In this document: positions 20,859-29,969 of the stretch, piece after piece
Numbering within the stretch: position 1 is the stretch's first letter
Layout: each line of letters starts with the position of its first letter
Assembly (NCBI GenBank): GCA_965261545.1
Contig: CBDHDF010000007.1
Span: forward strand, 512,001-576,000
Source of the DNA: Bdellovibrionales bacterium
GTDB taxonomy: Bacteria; Bdellovibrionota; Bdellovibrionia; Bdellovibrionales; UBA1609
Direction: 5' to 3'
DNA length: 64,000 nucleotides
The notes under the pieces: generated by a model
Told to the model about the DNA's origin: nothing
The model's input: the letters and a program-made list of their open reading frames with translations, nothing else
Database searches by the model: none
Made by a program: the position numbers and the translations under genes

Positions 20859-22757
20859 CCTGAAATCCCTAAAAGTTGTAACTAGGTGTAGGGCTTAAGT
20901 CCTGATTATTGTCTGAGAAGGCCTTCACTTTGATTAAGAGATTGTCATCTCTTCAAAAGCATAGTTACAATATTAACGATGTCATACACTTTTGAGCAAA
21001 AAAATAAGGGAAAAACCTATGTCTATAAAGTTGAAAGCTTTTGGGACAAGGAAAAAAAGCAGGCCAGGCAAAAACGCATCTACCTTGGAAGAAAGGATGA
21101 GTTTACAGGTCAAATTAAGACCAAAAGAAAAAAGATTCCCATAGGCTCCTATAATGTGGGAGCCTTATTTTTCTTAGAGAAAATATGCGAACAACTAAAT
21201 CTTCTAAAAACATTGTCTAAAATTTATCCAGATAATTACGAACATTATTTGCATTTAGCTTTTTTTAAAATAATCAAAAGAGAGCCCTTTTATCTTTACG
21301 ATATGTGGTGTCAAGAAGCTTATGTTTCAAAGAAAAATTTTATGTCGTCACAAAAAATAAGCAATCTCTTATGTGATCTTGGGAGAGATCAAAAAAAGAT
21401 AGAATCTTTCTTTAGCGAATGGATAAGTCAAGTGAAGGGTTCTGGTACGGTAATGTTTGACATCACATCCTTTTCTTCCTACTCTATGAATAATGAATTT
21501 TTAGAGAAAGGTTACAACAGAGATGGAGAGAATCTCGAACAGATAAACTTAGGTCTGATAAGTAGGAAATCTGAAGACAATAAAACTCATACGCCTATAG
21601 CGTACAGAATCTATCCTGGAAGTATACCGGATGTCAAAACTTTATCGAATATTATTGAGATCATAACAAGTTATAAATTAGATTTAGATTGTTTAGTTAT
21701 GGATAAGGGTTTTTCTAGTGTAGAAAATATTAAGGGACTGCATCGTAAGGAATTGAAGTATTTGATACCCATGAGTTTTAGAACAAAACTCTCAAGAGAG
21801 CTTGCTGTGGCTTTAAATGAGAAAATAAAATCTCCATCATGCTCTTTTACTTTTAATGAGGAAATTTATTCGCATTGCAAAGAATCAATAAAAATCGGAG
21901 GATTTGATTGTACGGCTCATATTTTCTTAGACAAAGAAAGAAGGGTTTATGAGGAATCTGTGTTAATGAAAGAGTTGCTTGATTTTATGAAACTCTTTCT
22001 TGAGAAAGATTTGAAATCAGAAGAACAAGCTAGTTCCTATATGAAAGAAACTTTAGGAAATAAAAAAAGGTTTCTCAATATCTCTGATTGCACTCCATTT
22101 AAGATTTCTTTAAATGAAGAAAATATTAATGAAGAATCTTCTACGCTGGGTATTATGATATTAATTACAAATAGTCATGATTTAAAGAAAACAGATATAT
22201 TGAGTTTATATCGAAACAAAGATATCATTGAGAAAGTATTTTTCTCATTCAAGCATGATATTAATGGAAGGAGAAGTCGAGTTCATTCTCTCATGAATAT
22301 GAGGGGAAGCATCTTTATTAATTTTCTCTCTTTAATTTTAATTTCACATATTGATACTGTTATGAAAGATAAGAAGTTATATAAAAAAATGTCTAAAATA
22401 GAAATTTACAAAATGATGGACCGATTAAAATTTTATGAATTAGCTACAGGTGATCTGATGCTTGGAGAGCTGTCTAAAAAACAAAAGGATATTTTTTCAG
22501 CCTTCCAAATAGATGGGCTTCCCAAGACAAAATGATGTTTTTTATCTGTTTCAAATGTGACGGTGGCTGTGGCTACCACTATGCCTCATCTATCCAATGG
22601 AGACGAAGAGGACCTTTCGCAGCAAATTTTTATGAATCATATTAAATATATTAATACTATTAAACCTCTCAAACCGTTGACAGCAGCCAATTCCATAGGA
22701 AGAGAGGAAAGTTAACGCAATACATTAAACCTAGTTACAACTTTTAGGGATTTCAGG
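20859..22757 (+). mobile_element. IS1634-family element type A, complete (1899 bp)
   Basis: 29-bp TIR; TSD GAACTA. Confidence 0.93.
20979..22535 (+). CDS. IS1634-family transposase (type A)
   Basis: FDITS, GYNRDG, MDKGF and YRNKDIIEKVF motifs. Confidence 0.92.
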   Translation: MSYTFEQKNKGKTYVYKVESFWDKEKKQARQKRIYLGRKDEFTGQIKTKRKKIPIGSYNVGALFFLEKICEQLNLLKTLSKIYPDNYEHYLHLAFFKIIKREPFYLYDMWCQEAYVSKKNFMSSQKISNLLCDLGRDQKKIESFFSEWISQVKGSGTVMFDITSFSSYSMNNEFLEKGYNRDGENLEQINLGLISRKSEDNKTHTPIAYRIYPGSIPDVKTLSNIIEIITSYKLDLDCLVMDKGFSSVENIKGLHRKELKYLIPMSFRTKLSRELAVALNEKIKSPSCSFTFNEEIYSHCKESIKIGGFDCTAHIFLDKERRVYEESVLMKELLDFMKLFLEKDLKSEEQASSYMKETLGNKKRFLNISDCTPFKISLNEENINEESSTLGIMILITNSHDLKKTDILSLYRNKDIIEKVFFSFKHDINGRRSRVHSLMNMRGSIFINFLSLILISHIDTVMKDKKLYKKMSKIEIYKMMDRLKFYELATGDLMLGELSKKQKDIFSAFQIDGLPKTK

Positions 22758-24769
22758 GAACTATTATTCTGGTAAGTGGAAAAAAGGCCGCTCATATCAT
22801 AAGGACTCCCGACTTGGTAGGTACTGAAGTAGCCTTGGAGGTGTCGCTACTCCCACCACGGCCTTGAATAAAGCATGGGCGTTGCCTTTGATCTCTGTAC
22901 CAATGCCGTTTCCTTAAGAAAAATCTCTTGAAATCATTAGATAAATCGACAAGAATAAGACTTGTTTTATTTTACACCCAACCCTCAACCAAGGAGTAAG
23001 TCACATGCAATCCAATATTGATCTCGAAAGCCCCCAAATGACGAGTTCGCGTCACAGATGACCATTTTATTCTACCAAAACTTGATTCTTCCTTCAAGCC
23101 AGAGCACCTTGTCGATCCAGAAAAACAAAAAAGGAATCGAAAATTTAATCCTCAAATTTTCTTTTTTACCATTATCTATCTTATTTCCGGAACAAATTAC
23201 GAAGGCTACCAAATCGCTCTTAAGACGGTATGGACTCATTTTGGTGACCTGCTTCTCATGCCAGTCAAAAGCAGTCTCAGCAAGATACGTCAAAGTATTT
23301 CTTACCTATTTTTTAAAAATATCTTTGAATCTCTGATTACAGACTACGAACCATTGAGAAAAACGTTTCATGGCTTTTATATCTATGCCATAGATGGCGA
23401 CCAATTAGCACTTCCTCGCTCTAAAGATCTTTTAAAGGAGGGTTATTGTGGGTACCCTTGCCCAAATGAGATGGAAACTCATTTCTTACGTATGTATCTA
23501 TCTCATGCTTATGACGTTTTATCGGGTGTGACAAAGAATCTTTGCTATTCTCCCGCTCTCAACGAAATCGCCAATGCTATTCAAATGATAGGTAGTTTCT
23601 GTCCAGAAAGGCCCATTTTTTGTTCTCTGACACTCCCCATTGAGCCTCCCAATGCCTCAATGGGGGAGTGAGAGTTGGAGATTTGCCACACAAACTCTAC
23701 AGATTAAGGGGAAAAAGGTCTTTAAGCGACTTGCGCCCTAGTTTTTTCGATTTGAAGACGCACCCCTACCTTTGGAAGATTTTAGCACCTTCGACCTGGT
23801 CCATTGCTGTTATTCCTAATGGATAAATTTAGGTGACAGTTGATAATTCATGTCTTGCCAAGACAACAAAATTATAGGCACAAACGGCATTCTTTACATA
23901 CCTCTTAAAACCATCATGCCCTTTCCAGTAAGCAACTCTCATACCAAAACATCTCTTAAGGAATGAAATAACAGCCTCTATTCCGGCTCTCCAATTGAGA
24001 AGATTTTTAAAGACCCAAGCACTTTTAACCATCTTTAATATTTTCATTCCTTTTTTTTCTGGGAAGCAAACATCTTTAGCCCCCATCTCTTTGGCCTCTT
24101 CAAGATTTTCTTTTGAAGCAAACCCACCATCTGCACTTACTTTTACAGGGCAAGCCCCATAGGTTTGTGTCACTGAATTCATAACTTTTAAAAACATATC
24201 AGAGTCTGCGGGGTTGCCATCAGGGATCTGACAATCTAAAATCATGTTGCTTTGCCCTGAGGTCAAAAAGATTTTATGCCCAAACTCGACTTCTCTTTGC
24301 CCCTTTACAATAATGTCTGTATGCGGTTCAAAGATGGATAGGACCTTTTTTTCAGAAGATACTTTTTTCCCCTCAATAACTCTTTTTTGAGTTTGAAAGA
24401 TGATTTTTTCCAGGTAGAAGGCAACATTTTCTAACTGTTTTAGACTCTTTTTCAAAGCATTCATCTTCACACATTTTTGTTCTTTTTTTATCTTTCTGAT
24501 GGTATCAGGTAATCCTTTGTTCAATTTGGTAGCGATTTTTAAAAGCTCCTTATAGCAAGGTAGTCTTTCCGCATCATTTTTGGAATTATTAATTTTGTAA
24601 AGCAAGGTTTTTGCTCTCTTAAGATCTTCTCTTGAAATAAGTCGCCAAAAATCTTTCATGACATTTTTACGAACTTTTTTAAATTCTCTTTCTGTAACTC
24701 TTATGCAGTCATATAAAAGCGATGCATCCGTTGGATGATGAATATTTGATCACTCATGTTGATACCCCC

Positions 24770-26815
24770 TTAGTAACGTAGCTTTTTAATTGATCCGGAC
24801 TTAAGTTTTTTAAAGTCAGATATGGTTTTTTTCTTATCTGGAAAGAGATAAGCCTTTGTTTTCTCGTGTTTTTTGACAATGATCCTCCCTTGTTTAATAT
24901 GGTGATAAATCCAATGAACTTTAACATCAATAAGTGCTGCAATTTGAGATGTTGTGAGGCTTCCCTCGACTTTGGTCGGAAAAGAGTGCTTTCGATTCCG
25001 ATAGATTTTATTGTTTAGTCTATAGGACTTCACAGTATTTCTGAGAAAAGTGGTATCCATTGGTGATCTGAATCCTTTTTGGGTCAATAGTTTGGCAATA
25101 TCTTCATCAGACACCCCAAGCTTGACCTGCTGCGCAATTATTTTCTTTATCGTTTCAGAAGATGACAGTTCATCAAAAGATCCAACTTTGATTGGAATGC
25201 TAGCTTCTGTTGTATCTCCTCCAATCCAAACAATTCTCAGTGCAACCATATCTCTTTTCTTTCTGTGAATGACAACCTTTTCAACCAATGTTCTAAGAAT
25301 TTTCTTTTTCATGTCTTTGGTCAATATCTTATCCTCCCATAGCGAAGGTAGTTTTTGATTCAAATCTGAAAATTCTCTTTTCATTTTTTGAGAGATCACA
25401 GTTGGAATACGCTGTTCATTCTTAACCCTCTCTAGGTGATCTTCGGCTTTTTTAAGTATTACTAAAGCCTCTTCCCATTGTGTTTCTAATTCATCTGCAA
25501 CAAGTCTATTCTCAGGGTCTACTTTGCGATACCTCTTTTCTACCAGTTGAGCTTCATACCTTAAACGCTGAATTTGCTGAATGTGTGATTTGTAAACCTC
25601 TTGGTCAATTTTTGACTTATTTTCTAAAGCCTTGGCATACAAGTCTAGCTCGACAGGGGAAAGAACCTTAAAAAAAGTGTTTACTACATAATCATCGATT
25701 GGATCTGTAGGAATGAATTGGCAAGTAGGTTCCCGATGTTGTTGGCGTAGATAGTTGCATAAGTATCGAGTTGCTGTTTTATACTGCACTGACATTTTGT
25801 GGCCACATTCTCCACAATAGACTATCCCATGTAAGAGGGCCTTACCAGGGCGAGGTATGCCTCTTGTTTTATTACGAGTATATTCAGTGTAGTTGTCTTT
25901 TAGAATTTCTTGTATTTTTAAGAATGTATTCCAATCGATATATTTAGGATATTTATCTTTCACAACAATTTTCCATTCATTAAGTGGAAGCTTTGTACGC
26001 TTAAGTTTTCCAGCTAAGTCTTTTCTACGGTATTCAGCTTTGCCATATACAAAAGTTCCGCTATAAGCTGGATTCTTCAAAATAGAAAGTATGGCTGCCT
26101 TGGATGTTTTTTTCCAATGAATACTTTTTACAAAATCAACTCTTGGAAGTAAGAGGTTGTTATCGTTAAAAAATCGCGACACCTTACCGGCTGATTTCAG
26201 TTTTAAGAATATAGTAAATACTAAATTTATGCGATCTTGTAAATCTTTATTTGGATCTTTTAGCACTTTACCTTGTTCTGTTCGAATAAAACCAACTGGT
26301 AATTTAAGAGCTAAATCTCCTCGCTTGGCTTTGTTGAGAAGACCTGCTGTTAATCTATTGCGTATCGTAAATAATTCCATTTCTGAGAGTTGACCTTTAA
26401 ACCCGAGTAACATTCTTCCATTAACATTAGAAGGGTTATAAATAGACTCTCTATCAGCAATGAGGCAATTCTTAAAAGCACACAGATCAAGTAATTGGTA
26501 CCAGTCCGTACAGTTTCTAGATAGACGAGTGACATCGTACGATAGAATAATACCAATTTTTTCCAAGGTCACTTCTGCAAGGATATTCTTGAAGCCTTCT
26601 CTAAACTGTATACTACTTCCTGTGATCCCCAAATCATCATCGACAATTTCAATACTATCTTCTTGCCAACCTAATTCAGTAGCTCTTTGCCTGAGTGAGT
26701 ATTGAAGGTCGAGACTTTCTTTGTTTTTGATGGCTTGCTGAGGGGTCGACTGTCTGATGTATATTATGGCTTTTCTCTTTAAGTGAATAGGTGTAATCAA
26801 TTCCGATGTTTTCAT
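24770..26815 (-). CDS. large serine recombinase (resolvase, recombinase, zinc ribbon, coiled coil, C-terminal HTH)
   Basis: YIRQST catalytic motif, TRLSRN, ILKNPAYSG and CGECG motifs; GAGGAG RBS before ATG at 26815. Confidence 0.95.
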   Translation of the reverse strand: MKTSELITPIHLKRKAIIYIRQSTPQQAIKNKESLDLQYSLRQRATELGWQEDSIEIVDDDLGITGSSIQFREGFKNILAEVTLEKIGIILSYDVTRLSRNCTDWYQLLDLCAFKNCLIADRESIYNPSNVNGRMLLGFKGQLSEMELFTIRNRLTAGLLNKAKRGDLALKLPVGFIRTEQGKVLKDPNKDLQDRINLVFTIFLKLKSAGKVSRFFNDNNLLLPRVDFVKSIHWKKTSKAAILSILKNPAYSGTFVYGKAEYRRKDLAGKLKRTKLPLNEWKIVVKDKYPKYIDWNTFLKIQEILKDNYTEYTRNKTRGIPRPGKALLHGIVYCGECGHKMSVQYKTATRYLCNYLRQQHREPTCQFIPTDPIDDYVVNTFFKVLSPVELDLYAKALENKSKIDQEVYKSHIQQIQRLRYEAQLVEKRYRKVDPENRLVADELETQWEEALVILKKAEDHLERVKNEQRIPTVISQKMKREFSDLNQKLPSLWEDKILTKDMKKKILRTLVEKVVIHRKKRDMVALRIVWIGGDTTEASIPIKVGSFDELSSSETIKKIIAQQVKLGVSDEDIAKLLTQKGFRSPMDTTFLRNTVKSYRLNNKIYRNRKHSFPTKVEGSLTTSQIAALIDVKVHWIYHHIKQGRIIVKKHEKTKAYLFPDKKKTISDFKKLKSGSIKKLRY

Positions 26816-26912
26816 ATATAATCTCCTCAATGGCTAAAGTTAAGTCTTTGATGACTTGCTTTTGAATTTCTTTTGGCAGTCTTGGCCAGACATCTTTTGG
26901 TGTAATTGACAT
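26676..26912 (-). CDS. small accessory ORF overlapping the recombinase start
   Basis: GAGGAG-like RBS (GAAGAG) and ATG; overlaps both neighbouring ORFs in operon fashion. Confidence 0.5.
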   Translation of the reverse strand: MSITPKDVWPRLPKEIQKQVIKDLTLAIEEIIYENIGIDYTYSLKEKSHNIHQTVDPSASHQKQRKSRPSILTQAKSY

Positions 26913-27207
26913 AGTTGCTCTTCCAGTTGTTGAGTCAGTGAAATTAGCTCCTGAATTGCAACTATACCAAGTTTGCTTGGGGCCTGCCTATCGTAGAGAT
27001 TGGGGTTCAGATTGGTAGAAGCCAATGGTATGCGTAGCGTCATGTGGTTCTTGTATTGAACAAAAGCAAAAGTAGATTTTTTCTGATTTTTAGGTATGGA
27101 AATCACCTTGAATGACTTCCTATAAAGGGGATGGGAGGGGTCCGTGACCCTTAGCTCTCTAAAACCTCTGTCGTTGACGGGGGTATTAAGTAATGGACTC
27201 GTTTGAT
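26840..27207 (-). CDS. accessory protein (Y4bD/DUF5372-like) lacking its own start; start codon lies at the other end of the element
   Basis: Frame is open to the att core; VTDPSHPLY motif lies upstream of the first GTG (27106); family name is from recall. Confidence 0.7.
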
Positions 27208-28080
27208 TTCGTCACTGTACTGTCCAATCTCATTTTCTTACACGGCTCAATCTTTTGATCTCTTGCATCTGAAACTAAAGAGGCGCTAATAATTCCCCAA
27301 GTTTCTTCACTTATTTGAACAATCAAGTCCTGTAAGGTGGAGTGAGCGTAATTTTCTTCCAATTCAAGGCCCAGAAAAGCTCTGGTGGATACTGAATCGA
27401 CAAGATTAAAGGCTAACGCACGATAGGAAAGACCTCTTATGGATTTAAGAATAGCCACCTTGAGAACTTGCTCCGATGTCATACCAATATCACCAGAATC
27501 TTTCTTTTCTTTAACAAGGTCTTCATGAACCATATGGGCAAACTCTGGATGGCGATCAATGATGTTATTAATTTGCTGCAATTCTGTACTGAGTTGGTGG
27601 TTAGGATATTGGGAAAAGAGTCCCAACTGTGTCTTCTTCAAATGGCGCATAGTCCCCCCTTTGGTGAAAGTTTCTCTTTAATTTTTATATTAACATACGT
27701 TTTTTTGAGGGAAAAAAGTGAGCAAGGATGTCTTTTAAGAAGAAAAAAATCAGAGAGGTTCTCGGAGAACATGGATAAGAATTCTACCTCATAGAGAGGT
27801 TCCCACGCCTCCTAAAACCTACATAAAAAATAAATGAAGAATAAAATATCAAAAATTATTTCTCTGAAAAAACACGTCAAGTATTTTTTGAAGTTGATGC
27901 GCAACGTAATGTTATTTCCCTGAAGGAGGTTTGAAATCACCACGGTGGAAACACAGGTTGATCCAACTCTTCCTCTCATATCAAGTAACCAGTTGATAGC
28001 CACATAAGTCACTGAAAGGGAGGGGCTGTGAAAGGTTCGTCAAGAGAGGGGGGGGGGGGAACTTATTTTATTTTTCCGTT

Positions 28081-29969
28081 GGGACTGTAAAAATAATTGT
28101 GTAACTGCAATTTTTTTCTTAAATCTTAAAGCCACTTATGTGGCTCCACTCCTGGTAAAAAGCACAGTCCCATATTATTCGTCAATGTATAATTGACATT
28201 TTTTCCTTCAAGCGATTTTGTCAGTCACAATGCATTATAAGTTAATGGGGAGGTGGACATCTTCGCTGGTCTATATAATTGGCCTCTTTAGTTACTCTGG
28301 ACTTTTGATTGTATTATGGAGCCGTAATGGGATCATATCAGAACTGGAAAGAACTCAAATAAATAATTATCATCTTGGTTGAAAAAAAATCAGCAATGGC
28401 TCTCTCAAAAAAATGGAAATTCCAATCTCATCAAAGGGTTCATGTGTTTAGGTTCCCATACTATATTACCCCCTTTTTTTTATTTTTTTTAACTTAGGAT
28501 ATTCGAGAAATACCAGAATTGGGATGAAATATGAAAAAAAATGGGAACCCAAATCTGCACCAAGAGGGCATGTATTTAGGTTCCCATACTATATTACCCT
28601 AACCATAGTCTCGGTATTCCAGTACTTCTGTCAACGCCTTAGAGGGGCTTTTAAGCCCCCTTATAAGGCAGGTGGTGGACCTTATTAAAAAACTTAGTTG
28701 TCAAAACGGTCACCGTATTCAATGGCAAACCTGTTCATGGCTGGCTTCCAGTTGTGTAATGGTCGTGTCCATCGCTTAGAGGCCATTTTTATCGCTAAAT
28801 ATACAACTTTTAAAGCCGACCGATCACTGGGAAATATCTTACGATTTCTGATCGCCTTGCGGATCACGCTATTTAACGACTCTATGGCGTTTGTGGTATA
28901 AAAAATCTTTCTGATTTCATCCGGATAATCGAAAATAGTGATGAGATTGTCCCAATTCCTACGCCAAGACTTTTCAATATTCGGATACTTTGAAGACCAC
29001 TTGGTACAAAATTCCTCAAGGGCCTTTTCAGCTTCTGTCAGAGTCGTAGAGCCATAAATGGACTTGAGGTCTTGGGCGACAGCTTTCATATCCTTGGAAG
29101 GGACATAGCGAAGGGAATTGCGGACCATATGGACAATGCACAGTTGTACTTTAGACTTGGGAAAAGCCGCTGAAATGGCTTGAGGAAAACCTGTAAGACC
29201 ATCTACAGAAAATATAAATACGTCTTTCAACCCTCGATTTTGCAGCTCAGTCAAAACACTCAACCAAAACTTTGAACCCTCATTTTCAGAAATCCATAGG
29301 CCCAACAAGTCTTTCTGACCCTCCTCTGTAATACCAAGAGCTAGGTAAATCGCCTTATTAATAACTCTCTTGTCTTGATGGACCTTCACCACGATACAGT
29401 CCAAAAATACGATAGGGTAAGTGCTATCCAAGGGGCGGTTCTGCCAAGCCGTAACTTCATCAATAACAGCATCCGTCACGTTGGCTATCACTGAGTGGGA
29501 TATCTCTGCACCATGGTAAAGGTCTTTGATAGCTCCTTGAATATCCCTGGTCGTCATTCCCCTCGCATAGAGGGTCAGAATACTGTCTTCAAAGCCCTCA
29601 AGACGAGTCTTGCCTTTGGGAATGACTTGGGGCTCAAAGGAGGCACTTCGGTCACGGGGGACCTGAAGCTCCACCTCGCCTTTCTCTCCCTTTATGGTCT
29701 TTCTACTGTAACCATTGCGAGTGTTGGATTTGCGGGTCTCAGACTTCTCATGCCTCTCATAACCTAGGTGATCGTCCATTTCCGCATTAAGAGCTGTCTC
29801 TAAAACAACCTTCATCAGTTGACCCGTTATGTCGGATAAATCCTTTTGGGTCTTGACGCTCTTCGCTAGTTCCTTGCCTATTGTCTTGATATCCATTCTG
29901 CCTTCTCCTTTCAGGATGATAGTTCATCCTAATATGATTCGGCAGTTACACAAAATAGTTTACAGGCTC
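28081..29969 (-). mobile_element. IS256-family element (1889 bp)
   Basis: Imperfect 28-bp TIR; 8-bp TSD TTTCCGTT. Confidence 0.93.
28694..29896 (-). CDS. IS256-family transposase, intact
   Basis: RNGY, VPRDR, VFLD, VDGLTGF, QLCIVH and YTTNAIES motifs. Confidence 0.96.
   Translation of the reverse strand: MDIKTIGKELAKSVKTQKDLSDITGQLMKVVLETALNAEMDDHLGYERHEKSETRKSNTRNGYSRKTIKGEKGEVELQVPRDRSASFEPQVIPKGKTRLEGFEDSILTLYARGMTTRDIQGAIKDLYHGAEISHSVIANVTDAVIDEVTAWQNRPLDSTYPIVFLDCIVVKVHQDKRVINKAIYLALGITEEGQKDLLGLWISENEGSKFWLSVLTELQNRGLKDVFIFSVDGLTGFPQAISAAFPKSKVQLCIVHMVRNSLRYVPSKDMKAVAQDLKSIYGSTTLTEAEKALEEFCTKWSSKYPNIEKSWRRNWDNLITIFDYPDEIRKIFYTTNAIESLNSVIRKAIRNRKIFPSDRSALKVVYLAIKMASKRWTRPLHNWKPAMNRFAIEYGDRFDN

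Larger units (their letters stand above)
24751..27201 (-). mobile_element. IS-like large serine recombinase element (2451 bp)
   Basis: Flanked by the direct repeat TTTGAT (24745-24750 and 27202-27207); the empty site is present in ISNCY copy 1 at 12234-12239. Confidence 0.92.
23829..27650 (-). pseudogene. ISNCY transposase split by the recombinase element
   Basis: Halves 27202-27650 and 23829-24750 match 11791-13155. Confidence 0.92.

Noticed and set aside
22677..22688. TTGACAGCAGC in IS1634-A resembling the type B TIR
   Set aside because: Only about 11 bp; chance cannot be excluded.
24751..27201. Prophage or ICE remnant
   Set aside because: Both ends are precisely defined by the empty site, and there are no phage or conjugation genes between them.
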